From Eledone cirrhosa (taxonomy: Eukaryota): a stretch of DNA of 64,000 nucleotides. The stretch is from NCBI GenBank assembly GCA_964016885.1, contig OZ024740.1, forward strand, positions 289,478,001 to 289,542,000, given 5' to 3'. The notes beneath the pieces were generated by a model. That model was not told where the DNA came from, searched no databases, and saw only the letters and a program-made list of their open reading frames with translations. Below, piece by piece: positions 42,391 through 57,072 of this stretch; the first letter of the stretch is position 1; each line of letters opens with the position of its first letter. The translations under genes and the position numbers were made by a program.

Positions 42391-42576
42391 GTGAATTGGC
42401 AGTATCGGTAGAGAGTCGGACACCATGCTTTAAAGCATAGAGTTACGTCCCTTTATGATCTGAGTTCAAATCCCGCCGAGGTTAAATTTGCCTTTCATCT
42501 TTACGGGGTCGATAAAATAAAGTACCAGTAATGTACTGGGTAATTTGCTGGCCTTGTGCCTAAAGTAGAAACAATC
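42391..42576 (+). mobile_element. tRNA-derived SINE
   Basis: TGGCAGTATCGG A-box, GAGTTCAAATCCC B-box, family core. Confidence 0.9.
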
Positions 42577-42671
42577 ATTTCAGTTGTCGTGAAATATCTT
42601 TTTAAATTTTTTATTTAGTCCAATGACCTACCGGACATTACTCAAATATCCTGATGTCAAATCTACTAGTA

Positions 42672-42885
42672 CAGTGGTCCTCAATCGCCGGATTGCGGAC
42701 CATTTGGTACAGGGCCGCACAGAAAGAATAAAAACTATTTTATTTTTATTTTAGTGACTATTGCAATCTACTGGACGTTATATTTTGAAAACGTGACCAT
42801 ATCCATTTGTGACTCTTTTCCACATTTGTCCCAGTCACATGATGCTGAGTTGAGTCACATGCACAGTGTGAATGTAATAATTAAA
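42672..42885 (+). mobile_element. Left half of a hAT (Charlie-like) MITE
   Basis: Terminus CAGTGGTCCTCAA, then GCGGACC...TGGTAC.GGGCCGCACAGAAAGAATA. Confidence 0.6.
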
Positions 42886-42892
42886 TTAATAA

Positions 42893-43106
42893 TTTCTAGT
42901 ATATGCACAAGGCCAGTAATTTTGGGGAGGGGGAAGTCGATGAAATCAACCCCAGTATATTACTGGTGCTTTATTTTATCGACCCCCGTAAGGATGAAAG
43001 GCAAAGTTAACCTCGGCGGGATTTGAACTCAGGTCATAAAGGGCCGTTACTCTATGCTGCAAAGCATGGTGTCCGACCCTCTACCGATACTGCCAATCCA
43101 CCGCCC
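42893..43106 (-). mobile_element. tRNA-derived SINE
   Basis: Family core and head. Confidence 0.9.
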
Positions 43107-43213
43107 TACTTGTGGAATTAATAATAAAGTTGAAGGTTTGTATACTGAAGGAAATTAAATTTTAGTAAATTAAGACTTTATCCTACGGTATATATATATA
43201 TACATATATATAC

Positions 43214-43301
<88 letters not shown>

Positions 43302-43347
43302 TTAAACAAATAATGAACAAACAATTCCTTATATTAAACAAAAAAAG

Positions 43348-43502
43348 TTCACTATTTAACGATCGTTTCTAGGGTATACATGTGTTATAATTGGTATGCA
43401 TATTCAACAGATCTATGTACAAAATTATACAAAATTATACAAATTATCAAGATTAAATATACATACCTAACACATATATACGCCGTCTTCAGAAATAATG
43501 AA
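43348..43502 (-). ncRNA. Type I hammerhead ribozyme, stem II 116 nt (left palindrome arm)
   Basis: Reverse complement of 45834-45988. Confidence 0.72.
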
Positions 43503-44326
43503 GTATATTTATTGATAATAACAACAATTCAAAATATCAGTTCAAAATTGACCAATGAAAACACAAAGGGTTAAAAGCAGTTTGGTGTGTGTATATATAT
43601 GTGTAAAATCCTTACACATATTTTACAATAATGTGTGTATAATTTGTATGCGCATACTAAAAAGATGGATGCAAACACAAAATTTCAAGGTTAATATCTC
43701 TGTAAGCTTAATGCGCTGATAAGATGCGCAATGATACTTATGGAGTCAAGCATATAAATATATTTTTTCATACTCACACATATCAGTATAATCACACATA
43801 CATGCGCGTATATGCATAAATATACACATAACCACGAACATACAAACACACACACTCCCCCACTCACATTTATATATGTGGATATAAAATCATAAGCACA
43901 TAGAAATTAAGTCACTCACATAAAACACTGGCACACACATTTCAAGATCAAGATACAGAAATTTGGTGGGAGGGGGGGGAGGGGTCAGTATTAGATTGTC
44001 TGAGCAGACTGCCTAATATAAATGTATCTATAAATTAAGAAAAATAAAAAATAAAAACAATAAAATATAATAAATATAATATAATGTACATACACATACA
44101 GATATACATACACATACATACATGTACGCGCACATAGAGATATTTACGCATACACACATACACACATACATATACAGTCATACACACACATACACTTACA
44201 CGAACATACATATACACATATAAAAAGATATAAATACACACACACACACGCGCAACACATACACACATACACATATATATAAAAAATAGATAATAAAGAT
44301 ATATATCCATATATATATATACACAT

Positions 44327-44376
<50 letters not shown>

Positions 44377-44470
44377 ATATATATACACATACATACACAT
44401 ACATCTAAATATACATACACATACATACACACATACATGTACATACATGTACATACATATACGCACATCG

Positions 44471-44514
<44 letters not shown>

Positions 44515-44809
44515 TCACATAGACATAAAGATACATACACACACAACTTACATACACACGTATATATATATATATATATATATAGATGTACCTTCATACA
44601 TAGAATTAGATATATAATCATACATACATTTTTTATGTGTATACACATATATGGAAGCGTATGTATTTATTTATATGAGTATAAGTAGGTGCATATGTAT
44701 GTATGATTATATATCTAATTCTATGTATGAAGGTACATCTATATATATATATATATATATATACGTGTGTATGTAAGTTGTGTGTGTATGTATCTTTATG
44801 TCTATGTGA

Positions 44810-44863
<54 letters not shown>

Positions 44864-44957
44864 CGATGTGCGTATATGTATGTACATGTATGTACATGTA
44901 TGTGTGTATGTATGTGTATGTATATTTAGATGTATGTGTATGTATGTGTATATATAT

Positions 44958-45007
<50 letters not shown>

Positions 45008-45833
45008 ATGTGTATATATATATATGGATATATATCTTTATTATCTATTTTTTTTATATATATGTGTATGTGTGTATGTGTTGCGCGTGTGTGTGTGTGT
45101 ATTTATATCTTTTTATATGTGTATATGTATGTTCGTGTAAGTGTATGTGTGTGTATGACTGTATATGTATGTGTGTATGTGTGTATGCGTAAATATCTCT
45201 ATGTGCGCGTACATGTATGTATGTGTATGTATATCTGTATGTGTATGTACATTATATTATATTTATTATATTTTATTGTTTTTATTTTTTATTTTTCTTA
45301 ATTTATAGATACATTTATATTAGGCAGTCTGCTCAGACAATCTAATACTGACCCCTCCCCCCCCTCCCACCAAATTTCTGTATCTTGATCTTGAAATGTG
45401 TGTGCCAGTGTTTTATGTGAGTGACTTAATTTCTATGTGCTTATGATTTTATATCCACATATATAAATGTGAGTGGGGGAGTGTGTGTGTTTGTATGTTC
45501 GTGGTTATGTGTATATTTATGCATATACGCGCATGTATGTGTGATTATACTGATATGTGTGAGTATGAAAAAATATATTTATATGCTTGACTCCATAAGT
45601 ATCAATGCGCATCTTATCAGCGCATTAAGCTTACAGAGATATTAACCTTGAAATTTTGTGTTTGCATCCATCTTTTTAGTATGCGCATACAAATTATACA
45701 CACATTATTGTAAAATATGTGTAAGGATTTTACACATATATATACACACACCAAACTGCTTTTAACCCTTTGTGTTTTCATTGGTCAATTTTGAACTGAT
45801 ATTTTGAATTGTTGTTATTATCAATAAATATAC

Positions 45834-45988
45834 TTCATTATTTCTGAAGACGGCGTATATATGTGTTAGGTATGTATATTTAATCTTGATAATTTGTATA
45901 ATTTTGTATAATTTTGTACATAGATCTGTTGAATATGCATACCAATTATAACACATGTATACCCTAGAAACGATCGTTAAATAGTGAA
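45834..45988 (+). ncRNA. Type I hammerhead ribozyme, stem II 116 nt (right palindrome arm)
   Basis: TTCATTATTT-CTGAAGA-CGGCGTATATATGTGTTA...TAACACATGTATACCCTA-GAAA-CGATCG-TT|AAATAGTGAA; 10-bp stem I, 14-bp stem II helix. Confidence 0.72.
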
Positions 45989-46262
45989 CTTTTTTTGTTT
46001 AATATAAGGAATTGTTTGTTCATTATTTGTTTAATATTTTATCTTGACTCTGTATACCGTTTATCTTTCACCGAAAGTGGATTTTCATTACATCTCTTCT
46101 TTCCATGATATCCGGAATACATTGAGTTCTTCATACGGATTGGACACTACCGTAAACTCTTGGTAGATTTATCTATATATATATATATATATAAAAGACG
46201 TAAAATAAGAAAATATTTTTTTAAAAAATTTTTAAAAAATTTTTTTACTTACTTAAATTTTC

Positions 46263-46344
46263 ACTCCAACTAATTAGTTTCTGCAATGGGATAAAGACAG
46301 TTACATAATCCAACTGTCGAGAATTCATTGCGTCATCAGGGAGT
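46263..46344 (-). ncRNA. Type I hammerhead ribozyme, stem II 51 nt
   Basis: ACTCC-CTGATGA-CGCAATG..GACAGTT..AACTGTC..CATTGCA-GAAA-CTAATTAG-TT|GGAGT. Confidence 0.8.
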
Positions 46345-46817
46345 CTATTCTCAGCTGAGCCTCCAGGCAATGCGCGGACACTGGCGGCTCATATAAAAAT
46401 AATAATTCGGTAGAAAGAACAGCTAGGCGAGGACTGGATTCTATGTACTGAAATTCTCACTGCTTCCAGTCAAATGGCCGATTCTAAAGAATCAATCACG
46501 TGACATAGAGGCTAGTTAGAAGGAATGGGATGGTAAGATGACTGACGCCTACTAACACCCCAAAAAAATTTTGAAGTGGTTTTGGCAGGTTTGCTCGACA
46601 AATCAGTGATTTGGAGATAAATATAGATAATTTAATATATCAACTAACATAGGCGCACAGATGCACGTCCATGCCAGCAAATACACAGGTTATGTCATAG
46701 TACCTAGGTGGTTCAATGCAGGAGGGTGCAGAACAATAATATAAAAGACGTAAAATAAGAAAATATTTTTAAAAAAAAATTAAAAAAAAATTTTTTTACT
46801 TACTTACTTAAATTTTC

Positions 46818-46899
46818 ACTCCAACTAATTAGTTTCTGCAATGGGATAAAGACAGTTACATAATCCAACTGTCGAGAATTCATTGCGTCATCAGGGAGT
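46818..46899 (-). ncRNA. Type I hammerhead ribozyme (second unit)
   Basis: Identical to 46263-46344. Confidence 0.8.
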
Positions 46900-47243
46900 C
46901 TATTCTCAGCTGAGCCTCCAGGCAATGCGCGGACACTGGCGGCTCATATAAAAATAATAATTCGGTAGAAAGAACAGCTAGGCGAGGACTGGATTCTATG
47001 TACTGAAATTCTCACTGCTTCCAGTTGGAGTGAAAATTTAAGTAAGTAAGTAAAAAAATTTAAGTAAGTAAGTAAAAAAATTTTTAAAAAATTTTTTTAA
47101 AAAAATATTTTCTTATTTTACGTCTTTTATATTATTGTTCTGCACCCTCCTGCATTGAACCACCTAGGTACTATGACATAACCTGTGTATTTGCTGGCAT
47201 GGACGTGCATCTGTGCGCCTATGTTAGTTGATATATTAAATTA

Positions 47244-47300
<57 letters not shown>

Positions 47301-47322
47301 GGTGTATATATATATATATACG

Positions 47323-47356
<34 letters not shown>

Positions 47357-47359
<3 letters not shown>

Positions 47360-47843
47360 AAGTTATATTTAAAATTGTTGGGTTACAACTAGTAAATATT
47401 TATAACTGATATAAAAGCACTCGACAAATATTTGGAGTATATTTACAATATTAAATAAATGGAAAACTATATTTATAAAACCATATTTATTTCATTATAT
47501 ATATTTCGGGGATATCATATTAACAATATGTTATGCCTTCATCACTTCTTTCTTCTTCTTTTTCTTTTTCTTCTTTTTCTTCCTCTTCTTCGTTTTGTCT
47601 TTCTTTCTTTCTTCTTTCCCTCTTTTCTTTCTCTCTTTCTTTCTCTCTGTATTTTCACTGCTAGAGTAAACCTCTTCAAATGAAGTTGATGTTTATTACG
47701 GTATGTCGAATATATTTATCTATAAAACTGTTTATATTGTATTTTGTCTGATGAAGGCATAACATATTGTTAATATGATATCCCCGAAATATATATAATG
47801 AAATAAATATGGTTTTATAAATATAGTTTTCCATTTATTTAAT

Positions 47844-47848
<5 letters not shown>
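47357..47848. mobile_element. Solo Naiad-type pLTR fragment with inverted partner
   Basis: 47357-47544 closely resembles 30557-30740; inverted copy ends at the same terminus as 26857; (TA)n flanks. Confidence 0.8.
47734..47810 (+). ncRNA. Hammerhead ribozyme of the Naiad pLTR family
   Basis: ATATTGTATTTTGT-CTGATGA-AGGCATAACATATTG.TAATATGATATCCCC-GAAA-TATATATA|ATGAAATAAATAT. Confidence 0.75.
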
Positions 47849-47910
<62 letters not shown>

Positions 47911-48257
47911 ATAAATGCTCTGAAATAGCGATATATATGTGAATATAGACATAGAATATTCGAAAATATTCTGTATGTTTATAATAAACATTCCCTTGCT
48001 TTTATCGAGAATCTAATTGTAATACGTGACGTATTCTATTCTATAGCGATTAGGTCTTCAAAATGTTTATTATAAACATACAGAATATTTTCGAATATTC
48101 TATGTCTATATTCACATATATATCGCTATTTCAGAGCATTTATTCCAATTTCTAATTTCTGCCGGACCGGCAACCGCTCTTTCAAACCAGTTCCTGTACA
48201 CAGCTAAGTATTCTATAAGTCTCTAGCTGTGTCATTCTCGATAAAAGCACTGGATAT

Positions 48258-48300
48258 GTAGTCCTGATGATTTCTAACAAGAATGAAACGCGTAGATTAC
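48258..48300 (+). ncRNA. Minimal type I hammerhead ribozyme (unit 1)
   Basis: GTAGTC-CTGATGA-TTTCTAACAAGAAT-GAAA-CGCG-TA|GATTAC; stem I extended by TTCTCGATAAAAGCA/TGCTTTTATCGAGAA. Confidence 0.85.
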
Positions 48301-48567
48301 TTCCCTTGCTTTTATCGAGAATCTAATTGTAATACGTGACGTATTCTATTCTATAGCGATTAGGTCTTCAAAATGTTTATTATAAACATACAGAATATTT
48401 TCGAATATTCTATGTCTATATTCACATATATATCGCTATTTCAGAGCATTTATTCCAATTTCTAATTTCTGCCGGACCGGCAACCGCTCTTTCAAACCAG
48501 TTCCTGTACACAGCTAAGTATTCTATAAGTCTCTAGCTGTGTCATTCTCGATAAAAGCACTGGATAT

Positions 48568-48610
48568 GTAGTCCTGATGATTTCTAACAAGAATGAAACG
48601 CGTAGATTAC
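48568..48610 (+). ncRNA. Minimal type I hammerhead ribozyme (unit 2)
   Basis: Identical to 48258-48300. Confidence 0.85.
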
Positions 48611-48877
48611 TTCCCTTGCTTTTATCGAGAATCTAATTGTAATACGTGACGTATTCTATTCTATAGCGATTAGGTCTTCAAAATGTTTATTATAAACATA
48701 CAGAATATTTTCGAATATTCTATGTCTATATTCACATATATATCGCTATTTCAGAGCATTTATTCCAATTTCTAATTTCTGCCGGACCGGCAACCGCTCT
48801 TTCAAACCAGTTCCTGTACACAGCTAAGTATTCTATAAGTCTCTAGCTGTGTCATTCTCGATAAAAGCACTGGATAT

Positions 48878-48920
48878 GTAGTCCTGATGATTTCTAACAA
48901 GAATGAAACGCGTAGATTAC
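48878..48920 (+). ncRNA. Minimal type I hammerhead ribozyme (unit 3)
   Basis: Identical to 48258-48300. Confidence 0.85.
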
Positions 48921-49042
48921 TTCCCTTGCTTTTATCGAGAATCTAATTGTAATACGTGACGTATTCTATTCTATAGCGATTAGGTCTTCAAAATGTTTAT
49001 TATAAACATACAGAATATTTTCGAATATTCTATGTCTATATT

Positions 49043-49386
<344 letters not shown>

Positions 49387-49431
49387 ATAATCTTCTATAC
49401 ACAATCATACACACCCGTGTATATTTACCTA

Positions 49432-49463
<32 letters not shown>

Positions 49464-49464
49464 C

Positions 49465-49623
49465 CGTAGCATAATCAAATTAATAATAAAATGACATAAT
49501 ATGTAATCTATACTTTATTGTGTTTTTTTATGCTTGTTACTGACACCGACCCTTCTCCTCGGTCCGTGAAGAAATGGTCTTGCATGAGAACGGTCCGTGG
49601 TGCGAAAAGGGTGAGACCCGTTG
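49465..49623 (+). mobile_element. Right half of a hAT (Charlie-like) MITE
   Basis: CGGTCCGTGAAGAAATGGTCTTGCATGA..CGGTCCGTGGTGCGAAAAGGGTGAGACCCGTTG terminus. Confidence 0.6.
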
Positions 49624-49898
49624 TACTAAAATATAAATAATCCAGCAAGTAGCGGAGATCTGTTTCAATCTTATTAGACACATTGAACGAACGAAGCATA
49701 TACTTTCCTAATATGTATAAGTAGTGAGAAAATATCTAAGCACATGTACAATAATGGACGCGGGTAGGCGTAGGAAATTTGCATATAATAGAGAAGAATA
49801 TACTCTCCCAGACACTATTCTCATGAAAAACAATAGTTAAATTTGTGTTGACTTATTTAATGCAGTGAACATTAAATCAAATTAGAAATGATTGTGCT

Positions 49899-49931
<33 letters not shown>

Positions 49932-50052
49932 AAACGGCTTGAGCTCTGCCGTCGGGGTCATACTTTTTCCTATTTCCCACTCTACTACCCTAAGTATTGA
50001 GTACTGTGGTGCGTTATGGTCCATTTGGTTCCTTACCACAATTCCTTTGTTA

Positions 50053-50149
<97 letters not shown>

Positions 50150-50293
50150 GTATATGTATATATATATATGTATAATGTATATATATATGTATATATATAT
50201 GTATATATATATATATATATTATATATATATGTGTTTGCGCATGTGTATGCATGGGCGCGCGTGTTTATACACACACATACGGGCACACTCAC

Positions 50294-50369
<76 letters not shown>

Positions 50370-50373
50370 TCAT

Positions 50374-50406
<33 letters not shown>

Positions 50407-51055
50407 CATATAAGTACGCATACGTATTCACACGATTATATATGTCAACATCTGCGCGTTTGTGTCTGCCAGCAGTATGTATGTGTGTGGTATGTGTTTG
50501 CATGTATGTGTGGGTGTTGCTTTAGTTATATTCAAATCAACTGAACGTCAGATAATGCAACCATATGTATTATAATGTAATGGCTTCCCCAAGGAATTCA
50601 AATAAGAAAATGCTTCATTCCGTGGTGAAAAACAACATGGAATACAAGTAAAAATATAAAAATATTCCCAGAAAATAACAACATTAAAAAAATATAAGAA
50701 AATAAAAACGCTATACAAAATTTAAAAAATACAAGAAAATAAAAATGCTATATAAAATAAAAAAAATATGTAAATCAACCCTTGCCCTACAAAAAAAAAA
50801 AAAATTGTCCAATAGAATATGTTTTTCCATAGAGAAAAGGGACCTCAGCTGGTAGGTTTTGTGGAACCATATATTGGTATTTGAATTTATGATGTAATAC
50901 TAAAGACCAAAAGAATACACACACATATGTGCACAAACATACACACACACACTCACACACACACACACTCACACACACATACACACTCACCCACGCACAC
51001 ATGCACACAAGGGCGTTCATGTGTATACAAAAGACATGCATACTTCTAAGCATGA

Positions 51056-51113
<58 letters not shown>

Positions 51114-51164
51114 ATATATATATATATATATATAAATACATACATATATATATATATAAATGTA

Positions 51165-51198
<34 letters not shown>

Positions 51199-51212
51199 AA
51201 TACATACATATA

Positions 51213-51254
<42 letters not shown>

Positions 51255-51389
51255 TATATGTATATCTATATATATGTATATAGATGTAAGTATATATGTA
51301 TACATATATGTAAGCATATATATATATATATATGTGTGTATATATATATATACACACATATATATCTATATGTATATGTATATATAAAG

Positions 51390-51485
<96 letters not shown>

Positions 51486-51763
51486 ATTTAAATGTGTGAA
51501 TATGCGTACATATTCATGGAGGCTGGTTTGAAGTTACATTGGAGTGAATTCAAGTTGAATCTGAAATAGAACACACGCATCAGAATATAAAAACAGAATA
51601 CTTAAGTAGCAAGCGAAGAAGAAAACAAGCAAATATCTTTTATTTATTTTTACTTATTTACTTATTTATTTATTTATTTATTTATTTACTTATTTATTTA
51701 TTTTTACTTATTTACTTTTTTATTTATGTATTTAATTATTTATTTGTTTATTTATTTATGTAT

Positions 51764-51799
<36 letters not shown>

Positions 51800-52203
51800 A
51801 TAAGTGACTAACTGTCCACGATGGTGGTGTGTTCTGTGTTTTGGCGGGCGGTTAGTTGAACTATGTTGGCTTGTTGGTTGGTTGGTTGGCTGACTTTTCT
51901 ATTATCGATCTCTTCTTAGCTTATCTTGTTTTATTCGACTCTTCCAAATGACCTGTTACCACCACAACACACAACATTGCGCCAACAACTGAAGTCGACT
52001 TTTTATATAAGTTTCCTATCAAAATAATACGCTGAAGTTGTAGATTTTATTGAAGAGTTGTCTTTAGAGAATGTCTACCAGCAATCTTATTGATTATTAA
52101 AACATTGCGACAGACGGATGGTCTTGGTCTGTTTTAAACACATTATTTTACATCTTTCCATGCCGCATTCAATATCTGCCTGTCTGTCAGTTTCTCTGAT
52201 AAT

Positions 52204-53977
52204 TATCGTGTAATAAAAAAAAAAATTTTCTCTGTTCCTGGCTTGTAATCACTTTATTTGTGTTGCTTAGGTCCCAAATAAAAAAAAAAGTGCTATTAAA
52301 CAGTTACAAGTTTGGGTTTGTAAAAATTCTAAGCTATTCACTAGAATTATTTGCATGCTGGATTTTACGTTGTATGTAAGTTTAAATTGCTTATGTTAAA
52401 TGATTTTTTTAATATATGTTTCAGGTTAAATTAAAATTATAAAATAAAGAGTAAAATTATAAAATAAAGAAAATTCCTAAAGAAAATTATAAAAGTGCAA
52501 TAAAGTATAAAATTGTTAAAGAGTGGATTAAAGAAATTTATTGATACTGGATTTTCGCACCCTGAATAAAGGGTAAGTTGTGTTTTAAGCATTCGTCTCC
52601 AGGATGAAGCAGTGGAACTTGGTGAAGGAGTAAGTGCAGGTGACAAGTCAGAGAAGTCGACACGAACCTTTCTCAGGCTTTTACACTCTTAGGGATGGCC
52701 TCTGCTTCTGCCATGACATGTCTGGACTGTTTGACATTATTGGGGTGCCGTTTGTGCCCAAGGAGTGGCGGTTATTTATAGACAGCTCCACCACAAGTTT
52801 GAAGGCTGTCCTCCTCCACAATGGAAACAAGTTCCCGACACTGCCCCTAGCTCATTCAGTCTGCTTGAAGGAAGATTACTACAGTGTGAAAGTCCTCTTG
52901 GAAGCTCAGCAATGACCAATACAATTGGGAAATAATTGGAGACTTCAAGATGGTGGCTTTCCTGCTTGGACTCCAAGGAGGCTTTATCAAATTCCAATGC
53001 TTCCTCTGCCTTTGGGACAGCAGAGCCACCTCTGACCACTACAAAAGAAAGAACTGGGAGCAGCGAACAGAATTTGTAGTCGGGACCCGGAACGTCATGT
53101 GGGAGCCACTGGTTGATCCCAGGATTGTGCTCATGCCGCCACTGCACATTAAGTTGGGGTTGATGAAGCATTTTGTGAAGGCTCTCAACCAAGAATCAGC
53201 CGCTTTTAAGTACCTTCTTGAGTTCTTCCCCAAGTTATCTGAGGCCAAAATCAAAGGTGGAATTTTTGTTGGACCTCAGATAAAGAAGGTGTTTGAGTCT
53301 ACCGAGTTCTGCAATAAGCTCAATAGGATTGAGAGAACAGCATGAAACTGTTTCAAGGCAGTTGTTAAGAGCTTCCTGGGCAACTACAGAGATGAAAACT
53401 ACCAGTAACTGGTATAGGATCTGATAAAGGCTTTTGGCGCCATGGGATGCAGTATGTCGCTTAAACTCCATATGCTGGACGCTCACCTGGAAAAATTCAA
53501 GGACAATATGGGCGCCTACTCAGAAGAACAAGGCCAACGCCTTGTTCTTCTGAGTAGGCGCCCATATTGTCCTTGAATTTTTCCAGGTGAGCGTCCAGCA
53601 TATGGAGTTTAAGCGACATCCTGCATCCCATGGCGCCAAAAGCCTTTATCAGATCCTACAACCGCAAATCCAGGAAATCCAGTCATTTCTGACGTGTATA
53701 AGTTGCTTTATAAGTGTTATTTGTTTTTACTTGTTTGCTTTTGATAAGCTTGTGTAATAAAATAAATATATACTCTGTTGATTTAATTATATGAACTGAT
53801 AAATTTTAAAAAAATGTGTTTTTTCTTGAAAAATATGAAAATTTTGAAATATCAAACTTCTGAACACGAGCCCAAACTTCTGAATTTAAAAATAATAGTG
53901 TCTTTTATAATAATGGGCTATAACACAACCGGGAAATGATACTTAGAATCAGGGAACAAAATATATGTTACACGGTG
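52204..53977 (+). mobile_element. Decayed DNA transposon, Chapaev3-like (CMC superfamily)
   Basis: LFIDSS..SLKAVLLHNGN, GDFKMVAFLLGLQGG..CFLCLWDSR, PPLHIKLGLMK, SLKLH.L..H, SEEQG motifs with stops; right end TGTTACACGGTG with a decayed inverted match at ~52204. Confidence 0.75.
53415..53658. repeat. 120-bp-arm hairpin inside the transposase relic
   Basis: 53415-53534 vs 53539-53658, loop CAAC, one mismatch seen. Confidence 0.95.
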
Positions 53978-54016
53978 TAATCAGTCAATCAGTCAGTCAC
54001 TCAACCAATCAATCGA

Positions 54017-54600
<584 letters not shown>

Positions 54601-54690
54601 AATGTTAAGACACCCTTCCTGCTATTTCAAGCATTAAGTTAATATATTCCTTCCATATACTGTACCGATTGTGTTGTTATTTCTCTTTTC

Positions 54691-54817
<127 letters not shown>

Positions 54818-55095
54818 GAACCTCGCAGTTCGCGTGCACTTATTGTACGAGTAATTTGCTGTACGAGCCTAGGCTCGTATTTAAATCATATTTAACTACT
54901 TTACACTTGTTTATATTTCCTCTGTATTTATGTCTGCATTCCCAAATCTTTCTCCCTAAAAACTTCTTTCTCTTCAAACCAACATATATATATATATAAA
55001 CACATGGAGCTAATTCTGAAAAGACGTAGCAATTATATACTATCATACATAATTCCTACTTTCCTTTGTGCTATATATATATAGTTTTACTTTTG

Positions 55096-55185
<90 letters not shown>

Positions 55186-55204
55186 TTCTACAGGACTAGA
55201 ACTG

Positions 55205-55238
<34 letters not shown>

Positions 55239-55266
55239 CTATATATATATATCTACAGGACTAGAA

Positions 55267-55309
<43 letters not shown>

Positions 55310-55513
55310 TATGTATACGTACATACATATATATATATACAGACGTATAGTAGTATGTATATATATATATACATACATGCACACACATATATATATATAT
55401 ATATGTACGTATGGATTCACCGAACATTTATTATAATGCTCGGTTTGTTTGTAAACAAACATCCCGAATTAAGCCGCAGTGTCTAGCAACCATCGCTGCT
55501 CGTTTGTTCAACA

Positions 55514-55550
55514 CTGCTGATGATAGCTAACAAGCTTGAAACTAGTACAG
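55514..55550 (+). ncRNA. Minimal type I hammerhead ribozyme (inverted segment of a second copy)
   Basis: CTG-CTGATGA-TAGCTAACAAGCTT-GAAA-CTAG-TA|CAG. Confidence 0.72.
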
Positions 55551-56173
55551 CGTTCCTTTGCTCTTTTTGTTTCAGTTGTAAACATTGGCCAAGAATCTTC
55601 TTAAATTGTTTTGTATATGTCAAAATGTTTACTCCCGTCTGGAAATCGTGAAGAACAATACTATCCAGATGACAGATGACGCTGGTCGCAGCAGAAACAC
55701 GCGTCGAAATCTCTCATTCCGGTGAAACAAAACCCAATGAAACAATGGCACGAATATATTGTCCTTAACTTCTCACGGATTTGTAGAGGCTCCGTCGTAA
55801 TATACAGCGTGCTTCGACAATCTAAACCCGGTGGAGCCGATCAAAACATAACCAATTTCCTTCTAGGTAAGTGACAAATGTAAAATAGGAAAGGAATCGA
55901 TCCCAGTATTGGATTGTACTTTTTTTTATCGATCATAAAAGAACGAAAGACAAAGTTACTCTCTTCATGATTAGAACTCAGAATACAGCAATTTTTTGTG
56001 TGTATTTTCTCTTCTTTTCACTTTTTGTTTACTTTTTTGTTTACATTTTGTTTACTTTTTTTTGTTTACTTTTTTCTCTCACTTTTTGTTTACTTTGTTT
56101 TAAACTCTCACAGTTTATTCGTCTCTCTCGTTATTTTATTAGCGTCATTTTCTCACACATATACATATATAGC

Positions 56174-56288
56174 AAAATGTATGACCCCGACGGCAGAGCT
56201 CAAGCCGTTTCGACGGCTATTTCTGGACTACTAGTCCAGAAATAGCCGTCGAAACGGCTTGAGCTCTGCTGTCGGTGTCATACATTTT
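56174..56288. repeat. Fold-back palindrome carrying the 3' half of a hammerhead
   Basis: Centre 56231; each arm has GAAA-CGGC(TTGAGCTCT)GCYG-TC; relative at 49931-50050. Confidence 0.8.
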
Positions 56289-56369
56289 CCTATTACCCAC
56301 TCTACTACCCTAAGTATTGAGTACTCTGGTGCGTTGTGGTCCATCTGGTTCCTTATCACAACTCCTTCG

Positions 56370-56435
<66 letters not shown>

Positions 56436-56925
56436 GCGAAAATGACACCAATAAAACAAATTAAATGGCGGGAGAGACGAGTATACTGTGTGAGAGTTTA
56501 TAACAAAGTGAACAAAAAGAAGACAAAACTTGTATGCAGAAACATACACACACACACTCACTCACACATACACACACACACTCACTCACACATACACACA
56601 CACACACACATACACACGCATACACCCCCCCATATATATATATATATATATATATAGAATAGGGTGGCTGTATAGTTGCTAGTTGACGTGACTAGCATGG
56701 TGGCATCTCGGCGTACTAGTACTGGTGGCATCTCGGCGTACTCAATAGGTAATGTTAAGTAAACTCCCAGAGCAGACACATAGTTATTCGCTTCAATACA
56801 ACACACGTAAATGGGTACCTTCACTCTATACCCGTACTCGAGTTTCGGCCACACTTAATGCAGCAATAGAGTGCACAGCATCCACTGTCTGCATTTATTA
56901 TGCGACAATGAGAGAGATGGAGATA

Positions 56926-57034
<109 letters not shown>

Positions 57035-57072
57035 AGAAGTCAGATTTGCAGCTTTTTATGAAACTTTATTAA

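Larger units (their letters stand above)
43276..46040. repeat. 2.77-kb near-perfect palindrome (arms ~1.35 kb, 65-bp spacer 44630-44694)
   Basis: 43276-44629 is the reverse complement of 44695-46040; identical 64-aa ORFs at 43380(+) and 45762(-). Confidence 0.95.
46190..47246 (-). mobile_element. ~555-bp-period hammerhead retroelement (retrozyme / non-autonomous PLE) with 5' inversion
   Basis: Unit restarts at 46191 and 46741; hammerheads at 46263-46344 and 46818-46899; inverted segment 47023-47246; (TA)n flanks. Confidence 0.8.

Noticed and set aside
55665-55715. Hammerhead-like CAGATGA-CGCTG..CAGCA-GAAA-CACGCGTC
   Set aside because: U4 mutated and no stem I pairing
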